Shown here in pieces: positions 10,901 to 22,900 of a stretch of 64,000 nucleotides of DNA. The stretch lies in contig CM052838.1 in the NCBI GenBank assembly GCA_028534125.1, forward strand, positions 65,596,001-65,660,000. Reading direction: 5' to 3'. Below the pieces are notes generated by a model. That model saw nothing but the letters and a program-made list of their open reading frames with translations, searched no databases and was not told where the DNA came from. The DNA is from Lama glama. Taxonomy: Eukaryota. Positions within the stretch are counted from its first letter, which is position 1; each line of letters opens with the position of its first letter. The translations under genes and the position numbers were made by a program.

Positions 10901-13900
10901 AGGAAAATCAAATGATCCTATCAGTAGATGTAGAAAAAGCATTTGATAAAATCCAGCACCCATTTGTAAAAACTTGCGGCAAACTAGGAATAGCAGAGAA
11001 CGTCCTCAACTGGACAGAGAGCATCTTCAGAGACTACGTTAACATCCTACGTAGTGGAGAGGAACTAGACGCTTCTCTGAGTAACAAGGTGAGGATGTCC
11101 ACTCTCGGCATTTGTCTTCAGCCTCATTCAAGAAATCTTGGCTAATGCAGTAAGACAAGAAAAGTATATAATAAACTTACGGTGGGAGTGGCTGCCTTAG
11201 TTCTTAAATAACATGTTCACATAGAAAATCTCAGCTCAGCAGCGACAGCAGCAAGTCTGTCACCAGAAGCAAGTTTTCAGGATCTGACTGAAGACGCACA
11301 TGTCAGAGGCTTTCTTCTGTACCAGCAACGAACAGCTGGAATTTGAAATGAAAAACCCAGTATCATTTGCCGTAGCACACACACAAAAAGAAGTCCTTAG
11401 GGAAAAGTCTAACCAGGTGTGTACAAGATCTACGTGAGGAGAACTACAAAACTCTGATGGGAGGAACCAAAGAAGCCCTGAATAAACGGACAGACGGTCC
11501 ATGTTCATGGGTAGAAAGACTCGGGAATTTGAGGATGTCAGTTCTTTCCAACTACATACTCAGCACAGTGCCAAACTCCCAGCAAGCTGTCTTGTGGGTA
11601 CCGGCAAACTGAGCCTAAAGGTTCTAAGGGAAAGCAGGAGACCCAGAGCAGGCAGAACAGTCCTGAAGGAGAAGAGCAAAGGCGGAGGGCAGACCCCGCC
11701 GTTGTCAGGACTTTCCACAGCGGTCAGGACAGCGTGGTGTCGGTGAAAGGCTGGACAGTAGATCCCCGGCACCGAACAGAGAGCCCAGAAGTGGACGCAC
11801 ACGTCCACACTCGACCGACCTTTGACAGAGGAGCAAAGGGAGCAAAGTGGAGCAAAGACCGTGTTTTTAACAGTTGGTGCTGGAACCTGCTGGACGGTCA
11901 CAGGCCCCCAGATTCAGTCTAGTCGCAGACCTCACACCTTCAGACTCACTCAAAGGGGGTCACAGAGCTGAGCATAAGATGCGAGACTATAAAACTCCTG
12001 GGTGGCGACGTGGGAGAAAACGCAGGTGACCTTGAGCTAGTGACAGCTTTAGATACAGCACCAAATGCATGGTCCTTGGAAGAAAAAGTCAGTAAGTTGG
12101 ACTTCATGAAAACTGAAAACTCATGCTCTGCAGAAGACACCGTTAAGGGAATAAGACAGCCACAGGCCGGAGAACGTGCTCTCGGAGGACACATGAGATG
12201 AAGCGCTGCTGTCCGGAGCACACAGAGAGCTCCCACAGCTCAGCAGCAGGAACAGCCCAACTGGAAAGTGAGCCCAAGGTCTGAACAGGCGTCTCACCCA
12301 GGAAGATATATGGACGGCAACACCAGGCACTCAGCATCGTGTGTCATCCGGGAGCTGCACGTGAAAGCAACAGTGAAAACCACCGCACCCTGTGAGAGTG
12401 GCTTAAGTCAGAGAGACTGACGCCACTGCACCAGCGAGGCTGTGGGGGGGCCGCCCGCGGCCTGCGCTGCACCCACCCGCACCCTGGGGGCCTGCGTCTG
12501 TCCTGAGGACGTCCCCGGGCGCTGCAGTGATGACACGGTCTTTGCCTCGAGGAAGCCCATCCTGAGCAGACCTTCAGAGAGAACATCCTTTATTCTCAGT
12601 GGAACTCAAGCTGGGCCACGGCTGTTAGTGAGGGGGGCTCTAGAAGGTCGGATAAATACTCCCCCTGCAGGCGGGGACCCCCCCAGGTCAGCCCAGGCCA
12701 CACCCCATTAGGTGGCGCCGCCTGCGGTGGTGCTGATGCCTGACCCTGCCCCTTCCAGAGACAAGGGGGCTGGCCAGGAGCAGAGGTGTCCCGTGGAACC
12801 GGGCAGAGGCCAGCCACTGCTGGGGCTGGACCCTCACCCGCACCCCCTGCCCTGTGCAGAGGCCGAGTGGGGGCCCAGGGCCGCCCTCCTGGCTCCAGGC
12901 TGGCTGTCAGCTCCGCCCTGCTCCAGAGCTCCCCTCCACCTCCCCCGAGGTGGCACTGCTTGTCCTCCACCCTCTGGCGGGGGCACGTCCTCTGTCCACA
13001 GGGGCACTCCCCCTTCCTGGAGGCTAGTTCAGCTCCCCCAGCAAGACCCGGCTCAGGCCTCTCTTGGTGGCCACACTCAGGAGCATCCAGGTCCCGTGTC
13101 AATCTGTGTCCCCTCTCCGGGCCCCATGTCTGCTTCCCGTGGCCGTGTCCTCAGGGCTCCCAGGAGGTTGAGGCCATGCCTGCTGTCTGTGTCCCCAGCT
13201 TCTGGCCCCGGCCCCACAACGCTCAGCGGACATCCTGGTGTCGCCCAGTGCAGGAGGAGCCTGGAAGGGCTGTTTGAGCTGGTGAGAAGCGGGGCTGGGG
13301 GCCGGGCAGGTGGGAGCCCACCCTGCAGGCCGGAGCCGCGTGAGGGCTGCTGTGTCACTGGTGGGGCAAGCAGGTGGCGTCTGTGCGGGATGGGCCTGTG
13401 GCCCCCCACCGGAGTGGTCAGCTCCCCACTCAGAGTCTAGGTGGCCTGCCGCCTCGAGGAGGGGAGTTCTGGACGTGCCGCGCCTGTGACAGCGGTGCAC
13501 CTCCCCGTCATGATGCCGCCTGCGGGTGATGCTTGATAAATGTTGTCCTTGTGCGGAGATGGATGGGCGGTTACAGTAAGTGCTCCTGTGATTAAACGCC
13601 GCAGGTGGGGTTATGAATGGGTCACAGCTTGGCGGCGTCCCTTGTTTGTTTACACAAGCCTGTGCCCCCCTCCCCAGGCACCAGCCTCCTGCCTCACGGG
13701 TGCGGGGCTCTCGGGGGACCTGTCGTCCCCGTGGCTCGTCTCCGTGGTTTAGGAGGAGGGTCAGAGGAGCAGTGGGTACAGGGAGACAGCTCTACTTCGT
13801 GTGCTCTGCCCCCTGCCCCCGAGTCACTGAGAAGACCTGCCCTGTCTCATCATTGCTGTTCCACCCACTTCAGTGGCCCATGGGGTGGGCGGTACCCCCA

Positions 13901-16900
13901 GAAACTTACAGTGGAGCTGCTCATGGGACCTGAGCGTGACCCCCATGGCCACACCAACGACCTCCTGACACCCCAGGAATCTCACCCTTGGTGCGGACCA
14001 TCCAGCATGATCTGGGCTGGAATCTCCCCGTGGCGGTCTTGGCTGGCCCACCTGCTGCCCAGGCTCCCCGCCCCACATCTTGGGGGGAAGCTGGCAGCCT
14101 TCCACCCACCAGGCCCAGTGAGGGTTGGAGGAACAGACTCGTGCATCCATTCATTTGTTCATTAAACCCCACCATGGACATAGGGATATCGGTCTGTGGA
14201 AACAAACAACCCGAGGCCTGGCTGTAAAAGGACCAGACCAGGCCCTGCATGCAGGGGGTCTGCCAGGTGAAGGGAGGTGGCCCCCCACGGGCACTGGACA
14301 GGCCAGCATGGGCAGGGGTGGGGGCGCTGGTCCCGACTGCCCTGCCGGCTGTCCTCTCCCCCCGCCCGCCCCACGTGAACTCCTCTTCACTGCGTGAGTG
14401 ATGTTGGCTGGATCGAGGAGAAAATCGATGTTATTAAATAAATTCATATTAAGCAGGAGTGAACGGTAACTCCATAGCCATTTTAAATATAGCCGCAGTT
14501 TGAACAGAGGATGCCAATTAGCCCCTGTAAATCTGCAGGGTGGAAGCTCTCAGGGGATAATGAAGTGGACTGTCAGGTTCCAGGTCGTGGGGTGGGAATT
14601 TATGAGGCACACGTGTCCCCAGGAGCAACTGGCCAGACTGGGGTCGGTGGCCCTCGTCAGGCCCTCCTCCCGGGCCTCCCTCACTGCTCCGGTGGGACCG
14701 GGACCCCAGGTGGCCTCAGCTGGCTGAAGGGGGACCCCAGGTGGCCTCAGCGGCTGAAGGGGCTGTGGCGCTGGGTCACAGGGTTCTTCCACTCTTTTCT
14801 AGCTAAGAAGTACAAAAAGGTCACCGGGAAGGAGATCTACTCGGACACGCTGGAGAGCACGCCCATGCTGGAAAAAGAGAAGTTTCCGCAGGACTACTTC
14901 CCCGAGGTGCGTGCCCCGCCCCGCCGGCCGCTTCCTCACCAGCGCGCTCACTTTCCGAGCGGCCACGTTGGAGGTGGAATTTAGGGCGTGGTGGGGGTCC
15001 CACCGCGGCGGCTGTCACCCTCCAGCGCTCTGTCTTCCTCGGAGGTCCTGAAACCCGTGCGGGCCCCTCTGGGCTGTCTGACGTGAGGCCTGGGAGGGTC
15101 CGTGGTGTTTATTGTTACATCATAGGTAAATTTTCTAATCTTCGTTTCCAGGCAAAGGAACCTTCCCCAAAAGTAGAAAAAGAATTATTGGTTGATTTGG
15201 GGCCTGGAGTGTGCTGGGTCCTCCCAGCAAACCTTGGTGTGAGCGGCTCAATCCAGCCCGTGAAACTATATGACCAGATAGCGGGGGTGTGCGGGGCCAT
15301 GGCACATGGGGGGGTCTTCCCCGCCCCTAGAGTACTGGTGTGAGCCCCCGACTCTCACAGGTGAAGCCAGTGTGGGGCTGTGGCCACCAAGAGACACAAC
15401 TGCAGGCTTGGAGCCAGGGCCCCGTGTGCCCCCCACCCCTGCCCCGCGCACCTTCTCCAGGCAAGGGAAGGCCCTGGGATCGTCTCTCACCCCTGCTCAG
15501 ACACAGTTAATCAGAAACTTGAACGTATTTCCCTTGGGTTCTACTGCGCTTGTGGATAGTTCTGTCACTTTTATGAGCCGTCACACTGCATACGTCATTT
15601 TGGGTTCTGGTGTTTTTAGTAAACGTTATTAACAGCCAGCATTTTGGAGTCTCCTGTTGCTGAATGATTCAGCCCTGCTTCCCCGGCTCTCGGTGCCTGA
15701 ATCATGCTGGGATGTGGACTGTGACTGAAGCCTTTGGGCGCTGAGGTGGGGCAGCTGGGTGTCCGCACGCAGCCCGCCTCCTTGTCAGGAGGAGGCTCTC
15801 GGCCCCAAGAAGGATGGCTATGCTGAGTCCTCTCTGCCTGAGGATCGCCCGCCGCTCAGCGGAGGGGCCCCTCCTGATTTCAGCAAGGCCACAACTTTAT
15901 TAACTTGCTTTATGACCTGATCCTGGAGGGACGGGATTGCAGCGCCTCTGTGAAGGATGGGCACTGTCTCCACGCCGGGACGCGGCTTCCTCATCCATTG
16001 TCCCCCAGCCAAGGCCGCGGTGTCAGGGGCCCGCCTCCTGTCCTGGCCTCCCCCGGCCTCCACTGTCCCTGCCCCTCAGCACCGCTCCCCCTACCCGCCC
16101 CTTGCTGCGTCCCGAGGTCAGAGGAGCAGCAGCCGGGAAGTTCCAGAGGCTTCAGTTCTGAACCCTCCTCGAGTGCGGCCGAGTTTCAGCCCTGTGGCCC
16201 ATGGATGTGTCCAGCAGGAGGATGGGCCTGAGGTCCCCTTGAACAGGACAAGGGCCGAGAACTCAGTTTCAGTTCCTGCTGGTCTCCTGGTCCCAGTCCC
16301 CATCCAGATGGTACTGGTGTGCACTCACCTCGGCCTGACAGTGACCAGGGCCCCAGTGAAAGGAGTGCGAGCTGGAGGGAAGCCAGGGTGGGGGCAGGGC
16401 TGCACACCACAAGGTCAGGGCTCGGCCGTTCCTGGACGCCAGCACCTTATAGTGGGAGAGCAAGCGGAAAGAGGTCCCCTGGGGCAGTTTGGGGCAGCCC
16501 TGAGCTCTGGTACTTAAGCATCTTGTCCAAAGAGGGTCCCGTGATGCCACTGCCGATGTCCAGGGTCCTGGTTCTCCTCAGGCCGATGACCCAGCACCCA
16601 CAGAGTGAGAGGCCTCCAGGCTCCCCTCGGGCCTGCCCGCCTCCCCCACCACTGGACTGGAGACCGCAGATGACCCTGGCTCTTCCCTCCTCACCCAGGG
16701 GTCTAATGCCAGCCCAGTGGGGGCCCTCACCTGACCTGGGGGTGGGCTGAGGTGCCTGACGGGTCAACAGGGAGGGACACAGGGTGGGCGGCGGGCCCTT
16801 GGAGAGAGCTGGACACAGGACGGTGAGGGCCACAGGCACCTGGGAGGGAAGGCAGGGCTGAATGGGGAGGCCACGAGGCCGGCCATACCCGGGTCAGCGC

Positions 16901-19900
16901 TGGGGCTGGGCAGCCAGGGCCGGGCAGAGCGATCCCAGGGACCCGGGCTGTGTGGTGTGAGGATTCGCGGGCTGGGAGCAGGGCTTTTGAGGTAGCCCCC
17001 CAAGCAGTTGAGGCTGCTGCCCACCCAGAGGCCGCCTGGTGCCTGGGAAGTCGATCCCACTGCGCTGGCCCCCGAGGGCGGGGGCGCACTTGGTGACCCG
17101 GCACCAGGTGGACCCTCCATGCGGCCTGGCTGCCCCGGGATCTCCCACAGCCCACCCGGGTCCCTTGTCCTCTCGGTACTCACCAGGGACTCCAGAATTC
17201 AGGGTCCTCCCCCTGCACCTGCGGCCTCGGGAGCTAGGGTCGCCAGAGGCTCCCAGTGTCCGTCAGCCAAGAGCTGTAAGAGGCTTCTGTGCCAGTCACT
17301 GTGTGTGCAGAAGGGAGCCCCACGGAGGAGGCAGCTTCTCCCAGAGAAAGTGTCCAGCCCCTCGCCCCCCACCCCCTGAGGCTCCGGCCTCCATCCCTCC
17401 CTGGGCAGGGGCCTGGGGTGGCCAGTGTGCATCCCCCTGAGGTGCTGGCTGGTTCCGGGGGGCAGACGTGAGGGGGCGGAGCTGCCCGCAGACCTGCTCC
17501 GGGGCCACACTTCCCGCCCGCAGGCAGAGGGGGATGCAGCTCCGTAAGGAAGGGGTTGGGGTGTCACCGGGTGGACCCTGGTCCCCCGACTGGAGAGCAG
17601 CGTGCTGCTGGGACTAGGTGACCCCCCGGGGCCCTGGCTCAAAGTGACGTTGCCGCTGGAAGCTGCCCCGACTGCGTGCGGCCCAGGGCCTGGCGGCGGG
17701 TGTCTGGGGGCGCCCGTCTTCCTTGCATCCTGATAGATGAACAGAAGGAAAATCTCACTGAGAAACACAGGTGCTTCTCGTGTTCTGTCAACAGTGAGAC
17801 ATTTCTCAGGTGTGTGGAGCTCCACGGCCGTTGCGGGGACTGACTGTCCGTGTCTTTGCTGGCGGCCCCTGCCTCGCGTGGCCTGGGGGGACCGTGGCGC
17901 CGGGGGTGGCGCTGGGGCAGCTCGGCCCCCGCCCTCCTGCCGGCCCGCGGACCGTCCTTTAGCTTTGTTTGAACACATTTTGGGGGAGGGAATTAGTCTA
18001 AGACCGATTTCTCTTTCTTTTATTACCATCACTTAAGGATAATCTAAATGTAATTACCATGATGGAAGCATAATGCGATTCCAGATAATCCCAGCCGCTG
18101 CATATAAAACTAACAAAGCTCTCCCTGCTGATCTATAGGTTCTCTGGGCTCGACATGGGTTTCAAATGCTGCCTCTGGGAGCAGCACTCCAGATAATGTG
18201 AGACCATTTTTAAAAAGCAGATTTGTGTAGTCGATCAGGGCCAAGGCATTTTTTCCTCTTGCCCGTAGTGAGAAATTGGTTGTTACCATAGATCACAGGG
18301 ACCGCTCCAAGCTCTTATGAAAGATGAATTAATTCCACTAATGCTCCAAAGCGGGCCTTTCACAGGGAGGCTGTGTGCTGATAACCTTCCTGCAGCCTGC
18401 CTTTGCTCCCTGTGATTTATGCCGTCTTTTAGTAGATGAAACCGCCCGTATTCGCAATCCATCTCCTGGCTAAAGGAACCCTATTAACAAGGGATCTGAG
18501 CAGAGACTTAATATTGTAAGGTGAACGATGCGGCAGCCCCCCCCCAACGTGACATGGTCTTCACTCCAGCGGTGGTGACCTCTCCCAGGGTTGGGGTGGG
18601 CACCCCCGGGGGCACCTCGGCCACTACCATCTCCTCTGCGGTCGCCTGGAGCCCTGGATGATTTCTGAAGGTGGCCGATGACCAGAGAGCTTGGGGACGT
18701 AGACGGAAAGGCGCAGAGTCAGACCTGCTACCCTGTACGCACTCCGCCTCCATCTGCAACAAGCATCTACGTCCAGAAACTTCTGTGGGCCCTTGTGTAG
18801 TCGAGCATGAGGACCTATGCAGAGGCCCCGGGTTTCCCATCTGTGTGCCCCCCAGACGCGTGCCAGGAGGGCGGTGGGGGGAGGCGGGACAGTGTGTGTT
18901 TACACGTGCGGGTGACTGTGCCCCTGTGCATGTGGGTTTCAGGCAGAGTGTGTGGGTAAGCCACAGCGGGCAGTCACCTGGTGGGAAAGCTGCCTGTACC
19001 TTCTGGTGCCTGGGGGTGTTCTTGCCCACCCCCCACCCCAATGTGGCCCCAGTCGTGATCCCTGAGGCCTCACGGTCCAAGCCTGGGAATGAGGGTCCAG
19101 CAGTTTGGAAAGTGGATTCCGCCCTCTGGATGGAGGTGGGGGGCCGGTGTCCTCACCTGTTCCCCACGGTGCCACACGGTGCCCCCAGGGCACGTGTTCA
19201 CTCCTGGTGCCAGGGGACCCCAGCCTGTGAGCTCGAGTCCCAGCGGGAGAAATGGACCTCGTGTGTATAGTCAGCCAGGGACTGTCCTGGCAGGGCGTGT
19301 GGGGTGGGGTGGGTGCCCGCTGCAGAGGCTGGTGTCTGGTGAGCTGGGGGTGCCTGGAGGGAAGGAGCCAGCAGGGAGTTGGGAAGTTTTTGCTTCTGAG
19401 AGTGAAGAGTGAAAGAAGTCCTCCTGCGGTGACTGGTTTTGTGGCAGGAGGGGTCCTGGGTGGTGTGCACTTGAAGGTGTGGGGGCTTCACAGCCGTGCC
19501 TGGGGCGGGGCCTGGTGATGCAGCCCCAGAGGCCCATCCTTCAGGTGTCCCGGCCTTTCTGGTTAGAGTCCAGGAGGGGCGGGGGCGGGGACAGCCGACT
19601 TGACCCCTGGTGCAGGGCCCCTCCTGGGGAAGCGGGGGCCGGCAGGGGCTGGTGCTGGCTGGGAGCAGCCTCCCGGACGTCCCTGCTGGGGTGCGAGCTC
19701 CTCGCTGCCCATTTCTGCGAAGGGCTGGCTGGGCGAGGCGGGGGATGCAGGACACAGTGGTTGGCCCCTGGTGGGTGGTGCCCGCTGCCCGGTCTCTGCA
19801 CTGCCCTCCCGCCTCCCTCCAGTGGGTGCGCCCACCCGCCACCCGCACGGCTTCTCTGGGGCTCGCGGCTGTGTCCCCGCTCCTGGAGGCTCGCCCTGAG

Positions 19901-22900
19901 CAGAGTCAGGGCTGCCCTGTGCAGTGGTTTCTGGTTTCCAAACGTGTACGAGGGCACCAGGGTCACTGCGACCTCTCCCGCTCTCTATCCTCAGGGCTCC
20001 GTGGCCCAGGGTCCAGCGGCTCCCTAGTCAGGCAGCCTGACCCACAGCATCCATCTTCACGGAGCGTCCTGCTGGGCTGTGGGCCGCACCCCTTCCTCCC
20101 ACCTCGCCCCACCCTGCCCCGCGTGAGCACCAGGGGGCAGGATGGTCATGGACCCAGGACAGGGCAGGTACCAGCCCAGTGGTGGACGTGCCCCCTCTGT
20201 CCTCTCGTGAACAACAAGACCAGGTGGGGGTGCTCAGTGACCCTTCTCCCAGGCTCTCCAAGTAAGGTTCTTTTTGGGGGAAGAGGATAAGAAAATGGAG
20301 CAGAAGTAAATGTGGGGTTCCTTTGACCCCCCCTCTGTCTGTAGGGCCCCACGAGGTTCTCTTCGGGCGATGAGACTACAGGCCTGGAGCACCGCTGGGG
20401 GTGGGCCCTGCGGGAAGCGGCCTCCGCGGGGCCGCGTGCAGTCCCGTCCCCGTCAGCACGTGCTGTCACCTGCCAGGCCTGACAGCCTGTCACGTGGCCC
20501 CCACACTGTCCCCAGGGCACCCCGCACGCCCGTCCTGCGGAGCTGCCGCCCCGGCGTCCTTCCCCCCAGCCAGGCTCCCCACGTGCCCGGCTGGCTGCGT
20601 CCCTGGGCCTCTCTCCAGCCTGGGCAGTGGTGGGTAGAGGACGGTGGTGGCCTTGTCCCTCGGCCCCTTCCTGCCTGTGGCTGAGCCGGAGCAGCGAGCC
20701 AGCAGGCGCCCTGCGCGGAGAGAGCGGCTGACCTCATCCGACTGGAAAGCACGGCAGGCGCCCCAACTGCGTGGGAGCCGTGGGGCCTCCTTCTCTGTCG
20801 GCCGCTTACAAGTGTCACCTGTTTATTTTTCAGTGCAAGTGGTCGAGGAAAGGCTTCATCCGGACGAGGTGGTGCGTGGCGGACTGGTACGTCCCCTGTG
20901 GTCCTTGCCTGTGCCCGGCTCCCGGGACGTTCCCCTTTCGGACTGGGCACAAGTGGTGTGTGGCTTGGACATCCGTCAGAGGCTGCTCCACCCTACTCTC
21001 CGCTCTTGACCCTCCTTGTTCTGGCGACTCCATGTGGCACAGAGCACTGTCACCTGGTCCCTGTAACTCCGGTGTTCTGGTGCTCACATCCACCTGCCCC
21101 TGCCCTCCTCCCTGGGAGCCCCCTCGAGAGCCAAGAGCTGGTGCAGGGCTCCCCAGACCCCTCCTTCTGGTCGTCCTACTGCGCTGCGTCCAGCTGCAGG
21201 AAGTGGGGTTCTGTGGGGCATGGAGCACAGGTGAGGCAGGACCCTTGCTGACATGGGGATCCCCGGCATGGCCTTCCTGGGGGGCACCCTCCATGGTGCA
21301 CGCCTGTCTTCTCCCGGGACAGGAACCCTTGAAGACTGCTCCCTGCTGTCCTGACCTGCGTGCAGCACCTGTGGCTGGGCTCTGCTGGTCCCAAGGCCGT
21401 GCTCTGCACAGCGAGGTCCTGGAGTGGCTGGAGTAGGGGTGTTGCCCCCTGCAGGCCCTGGGGAGATGGCCGTCCTGACGCTGGCTGACCGCAGCTGGGC
21501 CCTCAGCTGCCCCTGCTATGTATGTCCACACAGGCCCCTCACTGGGGCCTCGAGGGTTGGGGTGTTCCCTGGAACGGGGATCCTAGAGCATGAGAGAGCA
21601 GGAGGGAGCTCGAGCCAGCTGCAGCCTCCAGGACCCGACCGCCCGCTTGAGCCTGTGTGGTCAGTCCCGCAGGCCCAGGCGCGGCATGGGAGGGCACAGG
21701 GGGCTGCTGCCAGCTCTGCAGATGTGTCCCGCTGGGTCTCGGGCCCAGTGGTCCCAACTCTGCGGGTGGCATGGGGCGCCCCCAAGGCACCACTCACTGT
21801 GTGGCAGACATGCCCCAGCGATGCCCAGGGGCCCTGGGGTGTGGAGAGGCTGACTGGGCTGAATCCGGCCTCACCATCTCCCTGAGAAGCCAGGCCAGCA
21901 GTGCCCTGCTGTTTCCCCAAGGGTCTTCCAGGTTCTGTGAGCTAGGGGCTTCTTCTTGGGAGTGAAATGAATCACTCAGTGCCCCCATGTCACGGGGTCC
22001 GCCTACAGTGAGCGCTGCTGGACAGGGGTGGCTCCAGGCTGCACCAGCAGCCACCCAGGAGGGAGCCAAGGCCTGGGGAGGTGACTCCCCCATCCCCCCA
22101 CCCCCATGTTAGCCCACAGCTCGAAGGAAGTTTCTGGGGTCGTGTGTAAGTTCTTTGCTTTAGAGAAACAGTTCCCTTGCCATCCAGTGAGCTGCTGTGT
22201 TTGTAACACTGAGAGCCTGCGTGCAGGGTCTCGTGTGTCCTCCTCTGACCAGAGGAGGACATGCCCTGGGCAGCCTGGCGCGGCTGAGGGGGACGGGCAT
22301 GCGGGGTGCCCTTGGGAGCCAGGGGGACAGCGTGGGGGCCTCCCTGGGTGACCCAGCGGCGCCAGCCCCTCTGAGCCCCTCGCCATGAGCCCTCCCTCTG
22401 TCCCTGCAGTGCCTTTGACTTGGTGAACATCCACCTTTTCCACGATGCGTCCAATCTGGTGGCCTGGGAGACGAGCCCCTCGGTGTACTCGGGCATCCGG
22501 CGCAAGGCCCTGGGCTACGTGCTGGACAGGTAGGTGCCCGCCCGCCTCCGGGAGGACTGACACTCGTTCTTCAAAGCCACTTCTCCTAGTTTGCCTTTTC
22601 CTGTTTACCAAAAGTACGAAACTTGCAAAGGTCAAGCCCACGGGGGATGCACAAACGCTGACCCCGCCCCAGGCTCATGAGGCCCCACCCAGACACGCTG
22701 AAGGCTGGGTGGCCTCACCTGCTTTTCCGTTTCGGGGGAAGAGGGACCGAGGCAGATGAAGCTCAGCTGCAGCACCTCCTCTGGCCTCAGCTCAGAGACC
22801 GGAGCTCCTGGGGTCTCCCCAGGCTCTGCGCCTCGGAGCAGCGGCTGTGTGGGGTCTGCTCCGCGAGGCTCCTGCTGCCAGCCCGGGTGAGCACGGCCTC

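Noticed and set aside
10747-11145. Functional reverse transcriptase ORF
   Set aside because: Fragment of an old L1 ORF2 with frameshifts, stops and a destroyed FADD motif.
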